Positions 26,347-36,750 of a stretch of DNA of 62,964 bases are shown here, piece by piece (positions within the stretch are counted from its first letter, which is position 1; each line of letters begins with the position of its first letter). A program made the translations under genes and the position numbers. Below the pieces are notes generated by a model, which was not told the origin of the DNA, made no database searches, and saw only the letters and a list, made by a program, of their open reading frames with translations. Where the stretch lies: assembly GCA_024405265.1 (NCBI GenBank), contig JAKSOZ010000006.1, positions 1-62,964 of the forward strand, read 5' to 3'. Source of the DNA: Kiritimatiellia bacterium (GTDB lineage: Bacteria > Verrucomicrobiota > Kiritimatiellia > RFP12 > UBA1067).

Positions 26347-27855
26347 TTATCGGTTTCCCAAGAAATATCGGTAAGCCGGATTCAAAGTTTCATCGGAATA
26401 TTGATAACCGATTCGATCCAAGGCCGCGGTAAATTCACCGCGGTCTTCTTTCTTGACTTGAAAACCGCAGAGCACCCTTCCATGATCTGCACCATGATTG
26501 CGATAATGGAATAGAGAGATGTTCCAACGACCAGCGATAACCGTCAAGAAGTTCATGAGCGCACCGGGTTTTTCCGGAAATTCAAAGCTCATGACCAACT
26601 CATCCTCTACGCCATGAGTATGCCCGCCAACCATGTGGCGGATATGCTCCTTGGCAATCGAGTCCTCTGTCAGATCTGTAGCGCGATAACCCGCATCATC
26701 AAATAACTTCTTAAGCTCAACACGTTCGGACGGGTTCTTAACGCTCATACCTACGAAGATATGCGCATGGTCGGAGTCTGAATAGCGATAGTTAAACTCC
26801 GTAATCGAGCGCTTACCGATCATTTCGATGAAACCCTTGAAAGCGCCGGGCTTCTCGGGAATACGGACTTCGAAAATCGCTTCGCGCGCTTCACCGATTT
26901 CCGTTTCTTCGGATACGAAACGGATTCGATCGAAGTTCATATTGGCGCCGGAAATAATTGCGGCGTACGTCTCCCCTTCTTTGGCAACCTTCTTCGCAGC
27001 TGCCAGCGCGAGCGCACCGGCAGGTTCGCAAATCGCACGAGTGGCTTCGAAGACGTCCTTGATCGCCGCGCAAGTTTCCGAGGTGGAAACGCGTACGATG
27101 CCATCCAAATACTTTTGACAAAGGCGGAAGGTTTCGACGCCCGGCTCTTTAACGCAAACACCATCGGCGAAAAGACTCGGATTCGCGAGCGTAAGGCGCT
27201 CACCTGCTTTGATCGAGCGATCCATACAATCCGAATCATCAGGCTCAACTCCAAAAACCTTGATAGCAGGATTCACGCTCTTAACGTAGACGGCAACACC
27301 CGCCGCGAGACCGCCGCCGCCGATCGGTACGAAAACGGCGTTTAGTTTACGGCCAGCCTGATTCAAAATCTCTTTACCGACAGTTCCCTGCCCAGCTATT
27401 ACATCTGGATCGTCAAAAGGCGCGATATAGGTATAGCCGTGCTCATCGATCTGACGATGAAGCTCTTCGTATGTATCAGAATATGAATCGCCATGAAGAA
27501 CGATTTCCGCACCATACGATTTGACGGCCGAGGTCTTGATTTCCGGCGTAGTTACCGGCATGACGATCGTCGCTTTCACCCCAAGCTTTTGCGCGGAGAG
27601 CGCGACGCCTTGAGCATGGTTTCCTGCCGAGGCGCAAATAACCCCTTTCGCCAATTCTTCAGGCGATAGCTGGGACATTTTATTGTACGCACCACGAATC
27701 TTGAATGAATGAACCGGTTGTAGATCCTCGCGCTTAAGTAAAAAACGGCACCCAAACTTTTTGGAAAGTTGTTTCGCTTCCTCAAGAGGAGTCTCGACCG
27801 CCACATCATAGACGGTCGAGGTGAGAATCTTTTGAAGATAATTGATTTCGCTCAT
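26347..27855 (-). CDS. ilvA: Threonine ammonia-lyase, biosynthetic
   Basis: SFKIRGA, SAGNHAQG, GGGGL, two C-terminal ACT-like repeats (EFNYR, LFHYR). Confidence 0.95.
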   Translation of the reverse strand: MSEINYLQKILTSTVYDVAVETPLEEAKQLSKKFGCRFLLKREDLQPVHSFKIRGAYNKMSQLSPEELAKGVICASAGNHAQGVALSAQKLGVKATIVMPVTTPEIKTSAVKSYGAEIVLHGDSYSDTYEELHRQIDEHGYTYIAPFDDPDVIAGQGTVGKEILNQAGRKLNAVFVPIGGGGLAAGVAVYVKSVNPAIKVFGVEPDDSDCMDRSIKAGERLTLANPSLFADGVCVKEPGVETFRLCQKYLDGIVRVSTSETCAAIKDVFEATRAICEPAGALALAAAKKVAKEGETYAAIISGANMNFDRIRFVSEETEIGEAREAIFEVRIPEKPGAFKGFIEMIGKRSITEFNYRYSDSDHAHIFVGMSVKNPSERVELKKLFDDAGYRATDLTEDSIAKEHIRHMVGGHTHGVEDELVMSFEFPEKPGALMNFLTVIAGRWNISLFHYRNHGADHGRVLCGFQVKKEDRGEFTAALDRIGYQYSDETLNPAYRYFLGNR

Positions 27856-27856
27856 T

Positions 27857-30244
27857 TTATTCTTCCGCTTCAGCGGCTTCGAAAACGATATCAGGGAAGA
27901 AGACCTGCAACTTCTTGATCATATCCGGGAACTGTTTAGCGACTTCCTTAGCAATCGCTTCACCACGGCTCGCAGCCGCCTCATCATCATTGCAAATAAG
28001 GCGCATCGTAAGCGCGGCACCCATCATGCCTTCAGACCAGCTCTTAAGATTGAGTTTCGGCTTGCAATTGATGCGTCCCTTTTCAATGAAGTTGATAATA
28101 ACGTCATTGAGCGCACCATGATAGTTCTGATAGAACTTCTGCCAGGTAAGTTTCATCGTCCCGCCGTCAGGCTTGGAAAGGGTGATATCTTTATCGTTGA
28201 TGGCGGCAACTGTATGACCCTTAAGCCCTTTCACCTTCTTTCCGAAAGTATAGCCCTTCATGTTCGCGATAAAGATATCTTGAACGCTCTTCATCGCTTC
28301 GACCTTGCTGATTTCGAGGTTTGCGGCCTGCTCACCTTCAGGAGTGGTGAATTCGCTCTTGATGGTTTCAAGCTGACGAATCGCGGATTTCCAATCAAGC
28401 TGCTTGAAGACTCGGCCATCATCAGCAATTTGTTTGAACTTATCCTGAATAGACGCGGTTTCTTCTTCGACCTTCGCTTTACGCGCGGCATCCGCAGCGG
28501 CTTTCTTGTCGGCTTCGGCCTTAGCTTCGGCTTCGGCTTTTTCCTTGCGACCTTTTTCAAGCGCCTCGCGACGCAGACGATCGGCGGCTCGCTTTACGGT
28601 ATTGGAACCTTTGGACTTGATGAAGGTAATACCCTTCTTAACCGTCTCGACTTCTTTTGAATTCTTCGCGGCATCGAGTTTTTCGACGGCTTGGCGAGAA
28701 ATATCGCCAAGCTTATTCATCGCCTCTTCCGATTCACCCGAAATATCTTTCGCGCTTTCGCAGATGGCTATGATTTCCGCAATATCCGCAGCTATCTTCT
28801 TCGAGCAAGCGATGCACTCATTCGCGCGAGTCCAGAGCTCGTTGATCTCATTGATTTCACCGGGGATTTCACCTTCGAAAGGAGCCGTTCCTGGAGCGGG
28901 ATTAATCATCGCGGCGAATTCGGGGACGAGCGATTTAAGCTCGTTCGTCGGCTTCTCGACTTCATCGACCGCTTTCTGCGCAAAAGTTTCAAACTCCTGA
29001 GCGAACTTCTGCGCCTTATCGGCTGTATCGACGATCGCGGCACGAGCCTGCGAAATTCCGGAGACGATCTGTTGATGATGAGCTTCTTTCTCCGCATTCG
29101 CAGCGGAAACCTTATACCAAACGAGTCCGCCGGCGACGACCACAATAAGCGCGATCACGCCTCCGATAACTCCGATGACCTTAAGGCCGAGATTATCCTT
29201 CTCTTCTTCCTCCTCGTTCTCCGGCTTCGCTTCGCCGTCCTGAACGCCTTCATCGCCCTCCGGCTTTTCCGCAGAATCTGTCGTCTTAGGAGTGATCTTA
29301 AGACCGCCCTTCTTGGGCTTCATGACGATCTTCTTACCGCCCTTGGTTGTGGGGGTCTTAGTAGAAGTGGTCGTAGTAGTAGGATCGACCACCTTCTGAG
29401 ATGTGGAAAGGCCGGTCGTCATCACCTTCTTGAACTCTTCGAGCAAGGCCTCGAAGCTCGGGAAACGATCGGCTTTATCGAACGCAAGCATTTGCATGAC
29501 GAGCGCATCGATCTGAGGCGAAAGACCGGGGCGAAGCTCGCTCGGCTTTTTAGGCGGAGCGACGAATCTCGCTTTAACGACAGCGGTCGTATCGTCGCCT
29601 TCGAAAGGAGGAACGCCGGTCAACGCATGATAAAGCGTACCGCCTAAAGAATACATATCGGCGCGATAATCGACGACTTCCTTCTTTACCTTTTCAGGAG
29701 AGATATAATAAGGCGTACCCCAGATTTCGGAAGTGTCTTTCTGCATCGCCGCGAGGCCGAAATCGACGAGCTTGGCGTTGCCGTTCGAATCGAGGAGGAT
29801 ATTCTCGGGTTTGACGTCGCCGTGAACGAGGCCATGATCCGCCGCACATGCGAGCGCCTGAGCGACCTGCTGGCAAATCTTCATGACGCGCGGAACTTCC
29901 GTCTTACCGGCACCGGAGTGTTCCATAATGGAGTCGAGACTACCTCCCGTGGCGAGCTCCATAGCGATGTAAGGCATTCCGTCGGAGATACCGTAGGAGT
30001 AAATCTGCGCTATGTTAGGATGAAGGAGTTTCGCGGCAGCCTGAGCTTCACGCTTGAACTTTTCGACGAACTCGGCATCACTTCCGAATTCCTTAAGCAT
30101 GACTTTGACGGCTACCGGGCGATCAAGCATTTTATCACGTCCCATATAGACGCCGCCCATGCCTCCGGCTCCAAGCGCTCGTTCGAGCAGAAAATTGCCC
30201 GTTTCGCCGAATTGGCAAGGGACCTTGATCAGTTCTTCGCTCAT
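27857..30244 (-). CDS. Transmembrane Ser/Thr protein kinase with helical extracytoplasmic region
   Basis: GAGGMGGV, HGDVKPEN, DFG, GTPYYISPE; TM helix near aa 355-380; ATGA overlap with lepB. Confidence 0.9.
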   Translation of the reverse strand: MSEELIKVPCQFGETGNFLLERALGAGGMGGVYMGRDKMLDRPVAVKVMLKEFGSDAEFVEKFKREAQAAAKLLHPNIAQIYSYGISDGMPYIAMELATGGSLDSIMEHSGAGKTEVPRVMKICQQVAQALACAADHGLVHGDVKPENILLDSNGNAKLVDFGLAAMQKDTSEIWGTPYYISPEKVKKEVVDYRADMYSLGGTLYHALTGVPPFEGDDTTAVVKARFVAPPKKPSELRPGLSPQIDALVMQMLAFDKADRFPSFEALLEEFKKVMTTGLSTSQKVVDPTTTTTSTKTPTTKGGKKIVMKPKKGGLKITPKTTDSAEKPEGDEGVQDGEAKPENEEEEEKDNLGLKVIGVIGGVIALIVVVAGGLVWYKVSAANAEKEAHHQQIVSGISQARAAIVDTADKAQKFAQEFETFAQKAVDEVEKPTNELKSLVPEFAAMINPAPGTAPFEGEIPGEINEINELWTRANECIACSKKIAADIAEIIAICESAKDISGESEEAMNKLGDISRQAVEKLDAAKNSKEVETVKKGITFIKSKGSNTVKRAADRLRREALEKGRKEKAEAEAKAEADKKAAADAARKAKVEEETASIQDKFKQIADDGRVFKQLDWKSAIRQLETIKSEFTTPEGEQAANLEISKVEAMKSVQDIFIANMKGYTFGKKVKGLKGHTVAAINDKDITLSKPDGGTMKLTWQKFYQNYHGALNDVIINFIEKGRINCKPKLNLKSWSEGMMGAALTMRLICNDDEAAASRGEAIAKEVAKQFPDMIKKLQVFFPDIVFEAAEAEE

Positions 30245-30999
30245 TTTATAACCCTCCACTTGTTAAATGGCCAAAAAACAACACTCGCCGTACCGCGTAG
30301 AAGATGTCCGGGGACGGGCCCCCAGTAACGGCTGTCGAAACTATTATTGAAATTATCTCCGCAAGCGAAATATTCATCTTCGCCCATCGTGACGACTTTA
30401 GGGAGCGACTCGATGACTTGTCCATCAGGCCCCTTCGGTAAATGCTCGAGCTCGTAAGTCTGGCCTGGCGTCGCTTTCATACGCTTGATATAGTGAGTTC
30501 CTTGCGCGATGCCGTTAATCCCTGTCGTCGAGAAAATCATCACGTCATTAACGCGCGGCTTACGGAAATTCCAGAGCCACCGATTAACGAATATGAAGTC
30601 TCCGGTTATCGTCGTTCCCTCCCAAACCATATCTCCCTTCGAGAAATACTTGCCGACCAAATCCTTCGCGGCGTCGGCGGGAAGTTTATGAACCTTTGAG
30701 GAAGCTCCGATTGAGACATTGGCGAAGCCGTCGTTGCGCGGCAGAACTCGCGTCATTCCGCTTCTATCGGCTTCGATCTCAACGTGAGTCTCGCCGGTAT
30801 AGGCCCACTTCAAAATCGAAATCGGGAAGATGTCCCAGTTGGACATCTTCGCGCCTTCGGCTGTATGATATCCCCAGAGCGTCTCCTGCATCGACCCCGT
30901 AGGGATATTGACCGGCTCGTAGAAATAAGCACGTAAGGCCATCGCGACCGAAACCGCGACGACCAACGTGTCGAGCCATTCTTTAACGAACTTTTTCAC
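30241..30999 (-). CDS. lepB: Signal peptidase I
   Basis: IPTGSM, YIKR, GDN..NSFDSRYWG. Confidence 0.9.
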   Translation of the reverse strand: MKKFVKEWLDTLVVAVSVAMALRAYFYEPVNIPTGSMQETLWGYHTAEGAKMSNWDIFPISILKWAYTGETHVEIEADRSGMTRVLPRNDGFANVSIGASSKVHKLPADAAKDLVGKYFSKGDMVWEGTTITGDFIFVNRWLWNFRKPRVNDVMIFSTTGINGIAQGTHYIKRMKATPGQTYELEHLPKGPDGQVIESLPKVVTMGEDEYFACGDNFNNSFDSRYWGPVPGHLLRGTASVVFWPFNKWRVIK

Positions 31000-32496
31000 T
31001 TATGCGCGATAGTTCGGAGCTTCCTTGGTGATGGTGATGTCATGAGGACGAGCTTCTTTAAGACCGTTCGTCGTGACACGATAGAACTTACCCTTCTCCT
31101 GGAGCTCGGCAACAGTCTTCGCTCCGCAATATCCGAGGCTGGCGCGAAGGCCGCCGCAGAACTGCGTCATAATCGACTTGACGTGACCCGAGTACGGGAC
31201 CATACCCTCGATACCCTGAGGAACGAGATCATCCTCCGACTCGTTATCCTGGAAGTAGCGAGCGCGCGAACCCTTGCCGTTCTTGAGCGCGGCCATCGAA
31301 CCCATGCCGCGATAAACGACGTACTTTCTGCCGTTCGCGTAGATTTTCTCACCCGGGGACTCTTCGGTGCCGGCGAGAACCGAGCCGAGCATGACCGAAT
31401 CAGCGCCCGCTGCGAGAGCCTTCGGAACGTCACCCGAGAGCTTGATGCCGCCGTCGGCGATAACCGCAACGCCCGAACCGCGAAGCGCCTTCGCGGCATT
31501 GTAGACGGCGGTGAGCTGAGGAATACCGACACCGCATACGACGCGGGTCGTACAAATCGAACCGGGGCCGATACCGACCTTAACCGCATGAGCGCCGCAC
31601 TCGGCGAGAGCCTTCGCGGCTTCGCCCGTCGCGATGTTACCGGCGATCACGTCGATCTTCGGGAAGTTATTGACGATATACTTCGTCATGTCCATGATGC
31701 CCTTCGAGTGACCGTGGGCCGAGTCGACAACGACCGCGTCGACTCCCGCGGCAGCGAGCTTCTCGAGGCGCGAGATATCGCCCTTACCGCCCGAGACCGA
31801 AGCACAAACGCGAAGACGGAACTTATCGTCGCAGTTATAGGTCGGATGCTGATTTTCGGCGAGACGCTGAACGTCCGTGAAGCTGTAGAGACCGACGACG
31901 TGGCCTTCCTTGTCGATCAAGGGGAGCTTACCGACCTTCGCTTCGCGCATAAGATCGTAGGCGGTCTTGAGATCGGTGCCGGGCGCCGCGGTAATGGGCG
32001 AAGGCTGCATGACGTCTTTAAGCTTCTTCGCTTCCATCGGGGCGAAGCGCATATCGGACGAGGTGATCATACCGACGAGGCGATCCTGATCGTCGAGAAC
32101 GGGGAAGCCGTTGAACTTAAGACCCATGCGACGCTTCTCGGAGCGGAGGAACGAGATGTCGTCGTTTTCGTGGAAGCAAACGGGCGCGTCGATAAGGCCG
32201 TTAAGATATCCTTTGACCTTCGCGACTTCCTTCGCCTGATCGTCTTCTTCGAGGTTCTTATGAATGCAGCCGATACCGCCGGCGAGCGCCATGGCGATAG
32301 CCATCGGAGCTTCGGTTACGGTGTCCATCGCCGCGGACATAAAAGGAATTTTCATCTTCGTACGAGCGGTGAACTTGGTCTCGAGCGAAGTATCGTCAGG
32401 CAAAAAGTCAGCATACTGCGTTACGAGCGTAACGTCGTCATACGTGAGGCCCTCGAACGGGAAAGCCCCCATAAACTCATCCATATAATTGTTCAT
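31000..32496 (-). CDS. guaB: IMP dehydrogenase
   Basis: [17 protein letters not shown] pair, [17 protein letters not shown]; start at 32496 after AAGGAG. Confidence 0.96.
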   Translation of the reverse strand: MNNYMDEFMGAFPFEGLTYDDVTLVTQYADFLPDDTSLETKFTARTKMKIPFMSAAMDTVTEAPMAIAMALAGGIGCIHKNLEEDDQAKEVAKVKGYLNGLIDAPVCFHENDDISFLRSEKRRMGLKFNGFPVLDDQDRLVGMITSSDMRFAPMEAKKLKDVMQPSPITAAPGTDLKTAYDLMREAKVGKLPLIDKEGHVVGLYSFTDVQRLAENQHPTYNCDDKFRLRVCASVSGGKGDISRLEKLAAAGVDAVVVDSAHGHSKGIMDMTKYIVNNFPKIDVIAGNIATGEAAKALAECGAHAVKVGIGPGSICTTRVVCGVGIPQLTAVYNAAKALRGSGVAVIADGGIKLSGDVPKALAAGADSVMLGSVLAGTEESPGEKIYANGRKYVVYRGMGSMAALKNGKGSRARYFQDNESEDDLVPQGIEGMVPYSGHVKSIMTQFCGGLRASLGYCGAKTVAELQEKGKFYRVTTNGLKEARPHDITITKEAPNYRA

Positions 32497-32536
32497 TCTT
32501 GCTCCTTGTGGCATGTTGTGCCCTTTTGCCTTATAT

Positions 32537-32605
32537 ATTATACTCTTTTCAAAGTTGAAAATCAATCGGAAATTGCAGAAATGGTAATATCTACTGGGTC
32601 GGCAA
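32537..32605 (-). promoter_or_regulatory. guaB promoter (TTGATT-17-TATAAT) plus upstream 28-bp motif shared with carB
   Basis: -35 at 32565-32560, -10 at 32542-32537; motif 32578-32605 is 24/28 identical to 44761-44788. Confidence 0.6.
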
Positions 32606-32610
32606 TAGCA

Positions 32611-33708
32611 TTAGCGTGTTATCAGCTCCGCGATCTTCGCTATCGGATCGGAATCGGTAACCAGGAGCTTCATCGTATTAGACAAAGCTTCAACCGCCTT
32701 AGCTCGCTCTTGAGGATCGTCGAGCCACTTATCGACATAGCGCTTTACATTCGCCGCGGTGAAGTTCTCCTGCAAAAGCTCAGGAAGCGGACATTCCGCA
32801 CCCGCCTTCTCGGCGATGATGTTCGCCAAACCCACGTGCTTAACGCCCTTTATCGCGCGGCGCAAAAACGACGCAGTAAGAGCACCGACCTTGTAAACGA
32901 TCACCGTCGGAACTCCAGCCAGCGCCGCTTCCAAGGACGCCGTGCCGCTCGCGACAATCGCGACATCGGCCTTACGCAGTAGTTCGCGCGCGCCTCCCAT
33001 GATCACGTTCTCGGCGTTCCCTTTGAGCTTCACTATCGCATTATAAGCCTTCTTCGACGCAGCGGGAATAAGATAGCTTCGTCCCTTTACCGCCTCAAGC
33101 TGAATCGCGAGGTGCTTTTCTATCTCGCCGATGCGAGAGCCGGGCAAAACGGCGACTAGCCCCGCTTCGCGTGTCTCGAAACTAGAAGGTTGAAGGTTGA
33201 AGGTTGAAGGATTGTGGTCTAATTTTTGGAAGGCCCAAGCAAGGGGGTGACCGACGAATTCGGCAAGCCCTGGCTTGAAGAGCCCGGGCTCGAACGGGAA
33301 GAAGCAACAAAGCTTATCGAGCGAAGCTTCGATTTTCGGAATGCGTCCTTGGTGCCAGGCCCAAACCTGAGGGCAAACGACATGGACAGCCTTAATCCCA
33401 TTACGTTTAGCGAACGCCGCGAGTTTCAAATTCATACCGGGATAGTCGATCGTCACGACGACATCCGGCTTCCACTCTACGATCACCTTCTCCATCGTTT
33501 TCTTGACGCGGAGAAAATAGAAAATCTTCTTAAGAACCGCGAAGAATCCGAAAACGGCGAGATCCCCCGTCTCGAAGCCGTAATCCTGATAGCCCCTAAT
33601 TTCAATTTCTTCACCTTCACTTTGGCTCTTCACCTGAAGCTTGCTAGCAAGCTCCTTCGCATAGAGAACGCCGCTTTCTTCGCCCGCGAGCAAGAGAATC
33701 TTCTTCAT
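32611..33708 (-). CDS. lpxB: Lipid-A-disaccharide synthase
   Basis: AGEESG, IDYPGMN, PQVWAW, FVGHPL, LPGSR, SGTASLE, LANII, ELLQ. Confidence 0.93.
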   Translation of the reverse strand: MKKILLLAGEESGVLYAKELASKLQVKSQSEGEEIEIRGYQDYGFETGDLAVFGFFAVLKKIFYFLRVKKTMEKVIVEWKPDVVVTIDYPGMNLKLAAFAKRNGIKAVHVVCPQVWAWHQGRIPKIEASLDKLCCFFPFEPGLFKPGLAEFVGHPLAWAFQKLDHNPSTFNLQPSSFETREAGLVAVLPGSRIGEIEKHLAIQLEAVKGRSYLIPAASKKAYNAIVKLKGNAENVIMGGARELLRKADVAIVASGTASLEAALAGVPTVIVYKVGALTASFLRRAIKGVKHVGLANIIAEKAGAECPLPELLQENFTAANVKRYVDKWLDDPQERAKAVEALSNTMKLLVTDSDPIAKIAELITR

Positions 33709-33727
33709 CTTCTTTACTCCCTCAGTC

Positions 33728-34561
33728 TTACGGTCTCAAAGGCGCTGCGGGAAGTCCCGAGTCGATACCGACAATCGCGATATTGTGCTTATCGGCGAAC
33801 TTGATCACGTCTTCCTTATCTAGGAGGACGAGGCGACCGGCCTGAAAGCCGAGTGCGGTAACGCCCGCTTTTTTCATGTTCTTCAAAGTTCCGAGACCGA
33901 CAACCGGGATATCAAAGCGCATATCATGGCCTTCGCGAGCGGCCTTAAACAGAACCGTACCCTTCCCGAGTTTCCCCGCGCGCTTGATCGCGGCGTTCGT
34001 GCCTTCAAAAGCTTCAACCGCAAAAACCATGCCGCTTTTAACGAGTACCGTCTGCCCTACATCATGACGCCCCATATCGGTAGCGACTTCAATCGCGCGG
34101 GCAATATCGCGCTCCTCAAGCCCGGTAAAGCCGCGTTTCGTTAAAACGCCGACTCCCGGCATATTCTCATCCATGTAGGACGAGGCGGGGAGCATGCGAA
34201 CTCCGGCCTTTTCGAACTCTTCGACGAGCTTACCGAAAATCGAGTGAGCGTTTTTAACCGGCATCGCACGAAGCCATTTACGCGCGGCATCGTCAAAACG
34301 ACCGCGAAAGAGCGACATCGGATTGACTTGACCCGCAAGAATCGCGCCTTCGTACTTATTCTCCGCCGCAAAAGTAATGCCCTTCAATACATCATAGACG
34401 GAGAACGGGAAGTCATGATCGGCGGCCTTCCTCGTTTCTTTCCAAGTCGAACCCTTGATTGAAATGATGTCGACCGTTTCGACACCCGCTTTCTTGGCGC
34501 CTTCGACGATAAGTTTGGGATAAGAACCCGAACCGGAAATAACGAGGAGTTTTTTAATCAT
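33728..34561 (-). CDS. lpxI: UDP-2,3-diacylglucosamine pyrophosphatase
   Basis: DVGQT, AVEAFEGT, DMRFDIPVVG; next to lpxB. Confidence 0.88.
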   Translation of the reverse strand: MIKKLLVISGSGSYPKLIVEGAKKAGVETVDIISIKGSTWKETRKAADHDFPFSVYDVLKGITFAAENKYEGAILAGQVNPMSLFRGRFDDAARKWLRAMPVKNAHSIFGKLVEEFEKAGVRMLPASSYMDENMPGVGVLTKRGFTGLEERDIARAIEVATDMGRHDVGQTVLVKSGMVFAVEAFEGTNAAIKRAGKLGKGTVLFKAAREGHDMRFDIPVVGLGTLKNMKKAGVTALGFQAGRLVLLDKEDVIKFADKHNIAIVGIDSGLPAAPLRP

Positions 34562-34562
34562 C

Positions 34563-35549
34563 TTATTCGCTCTTGAGTTCGCGGCCCATCATCGCCTCGA
34601 CAGCATCCGCAGCATTGAAGTTCTCGTAGCAAAGCGCATAGACGAGATCGCAAATCGGCATCTCGACGCCCATCTTCTTCGCGAGATCGTGAATCACCTT
34701 CGAGTTCCAAACGCCCTCAGCGACCATCTGCATTGAGTTTAGAATGTCGGAAATCTTCTCTCCCTTGCCGAGACGCTCACCGACCTGATGATTGCGCGAA
34801 TGGACGGAAGTACAAGTGACGATCAAGTCGCCGATACCGGCGAGCCCCGATAAGGTCTCGGGCTTGCCGCCGTAGCCTAAAACGAAGCGCTTCATTTCGG
34901 CAAGGCCGCGCGTGATCAGCGCCGCGCGAGTATTGTCGCCGAAGCCCATTCCGTCAGAGCAGCCTACCGCTATCGCAATCACGTTCTTGACCGCGCCGCC
35001 GATTTCGACGCCGACGGGATCGGACGACGTATAGACGCGGAAAGCCTTCCCGGACCAAATCCGCTGAACCTTCCTCGCCTTTTCTTCGTCTTCGCACGCG
35101 GCGACGATTGTCGTCGGAATTCCACGCGAGACTTCCTCGGCATGAGTCGGGCCGGCGAGCGCGACGACCGACTTGACCCCCAAAATCTCTTTCGCGAGCT
35201 CGGTCATGCGCTTATTGGACTTCTCGCAAAGTCCCTTAGTCAATGATACGACGAGATGGTTATCGGTAATAAGCCCCTTAAAACTCTCCATAACCGAAGC
35301 GAAGAACTTCGACGGCGGCGCGAGAACGACGATCTCGGCGTTCTTAACCGCCTCGGCTCTATCTCCGGTCAATTTCAAGCTCTCGGGGAGCGTAACGCCC
35401 TTCAAGAACTTTTCGTTCTTCCTCGTGCGCTTCATTTCCTCGATGTACTCGGGAAACGCACCCCAGATGGTCACGTCGTGGCCATAACCCGCGAGAAGCA
35501 TCGCGTTAGCGGTACCCCAACCGCCGTCTCCGATTACCGTAATCTTCAT
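34563..35549 (-). CDS. gpsA: NAD(P)H glycerol-3-phosphate dehydrogenase
   Basis: GDGGWGTA, GPTHAEEV, KNVIAIA, GLAGIGDL, SRN. Confidence 0.95.
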   Translation of the reverse strand: MKITVIGDGGWGTANAMLLAGYGHDVTIWGAFPEYIEEMKRTRKNEKFLKGVTLPESLKLTGDRAEAVKNAEIVVLAPPSKFFASVMESFKGLITDNHLVVSLTKGLCEKSNKRMTELAKEILGVKSVVALAGPTHAEEVSRGIPTTIVAACEDEEKARKVQRIWSGKAFRVYTSSDPVGVEIGGAVKNVIAIAVGCSDGMGFGDNTRAALITRGLAEMKRFVLGYGGKPETLSGLAGIGDLIVTCTSVHSRNHQVGERLGKGEKISDILNSMQMVAEGVWNSKVIHDLAKKMGVEMPICDLVYALCYENFNAADAVEAMMGRELKSE

Positions 35550-36748
35550 TAGAGAACCTTATTAAGGCGTTCGATCGCTTCAAGAACGTTCGCGCGCGAA
35601 TTGAACGCGGAAATGCGGATATAACCTTCGCCGGCCTTACCGAAACCGGCGCCGGGGGTCGTGACGATATTCGCTTCTTTTAGGAGCTTATCGAAGAACT
35701 CCCAGCTATCGCCCTTAACATCGACCCAAACGTACGGGGAATCGACGCCGCCCGTAACCTTATAGCCCTTCGCGGACAAGGCTTCGCGAACGAGCGCGGC
35801 GTTTTCAAGATAAAAGTCGATCGTCGCCTTTGTCTCGGCCTGACCCTCGGACGAGTAAATCGCTTCGGCACCGCGCTGGGTGATGTAGCTCGCGCCGTTG
35901 AACTTCGTCGTCTGACGACGCGTCCACATCGGTTTCAAAGGAACGGGAGTACCGTCCGCCGCGTAGGCGTTAAGCTCGGAAGGAACGACAGTATAGCCGC
36001 AACGGATTCCCGTGAAACCGGCCGTCTTCGAATACGAGCGGAATTCGATCGCACAAGTACGCGCGCCTTCACACTCGAAGATCGAATGAGGAATTCCGGG
36101 AGTGCGAATAAACGCTTCGTAAGCCGCGTCGAAAAGGATAAGCTTCTTATTCTCATTCGCCCAGTCGACCCACTTCTGAAGCTGCGCTTTGGTAGCGATC
36201 GCTCCGGTAGGATTATTCGGATAGCAAAGATAAACGACATCCGCGTCGCCGGCCGCTTCGGGACCGGGGACGAAGCCGTTTTCGGCCGTGCAGGGCAAGA
36301 GCGTGATATCAAGACGACCGGCCATGATATTCGTGTCGACATAGACGGGATAAACGGGGTCGCCGACCGCGATCTTCACATCAGGCCCGAAAAGCTCCTG
36401 GATATTGCCGCAGTCGCACTTCGCACCGTCCGAAACGAGAATTTCATCAGCCTTGATATCCATGCCGCGATCTTGAAAATCCACCTTCGCGATCTTGTCG
36501 CGCAGGAACGCGTAGCCCTGCTCGGGACCATAGCCGTAGAACTTCTCCCCCTTACCGGCCTCGTCATCGATCGCTTTGTGCATCGCCGCGATCACGCTCG
36601 GAGCGAGCGGCTCGGTAACATCGCCGATTCCAAGGCGAATGATCTTAGCGTCGGGATGAGCGGACTGATGAGCGCTTACACGATGAGCGATTTCCGCGAA
36701 AAGATAAGTCGGTTTGATCTTCGAATAGTTTTCGTTAACGTGGAGCAT
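35549..36748 (-). CDS. dapL: LL-diaminopimelate aminotransferase
   Basis: [38 protein letters not shown]. Confidence 0.95.
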   Translation of the reverse strand: MLHVNENYSKIKPTYLFAEIAHRVSAHQSAHPDAKIIRLGIGDVTEPLAPSVIAAMHKAIDDEAGKGEKFYGYGPEQGYAFLRDKIAKVDFQDRGMDIKADEILVSDGAKCDCGNIQELFGPDVKIAVGDPVYPVYVDTNIMAGRLDITLLPCTAENGFVPGPEAAGDADVVYLCYPNNPTGAIATKAQLQKWVDWANENKKLILFDAAYEAFIRTPGIPHSIFECEGARTCAIEFRSYSKTAGFTGIRCGYTVVPSELNAYAADGTPVPLKPMWTRRQTTKFNGASYITQRGAEAIYSSEGQAETKATIDFYLENAALVREALSAKGYKVTGGVDSPYVWVDVKGDSWEFFDKLLKEANIVTTPGAGFGKAGEGYIRISAFNSRANVLEAIERLNKVL

Positions 36749-36750
36749 GA

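Noticed and set aside
31042-32982. 646-aa plus-strand ORF
   Set aside because: Antisense shadow of guaB/lpxB; the same pattern is seen opposite paaK, carB (43369-44829) and sctJ/I
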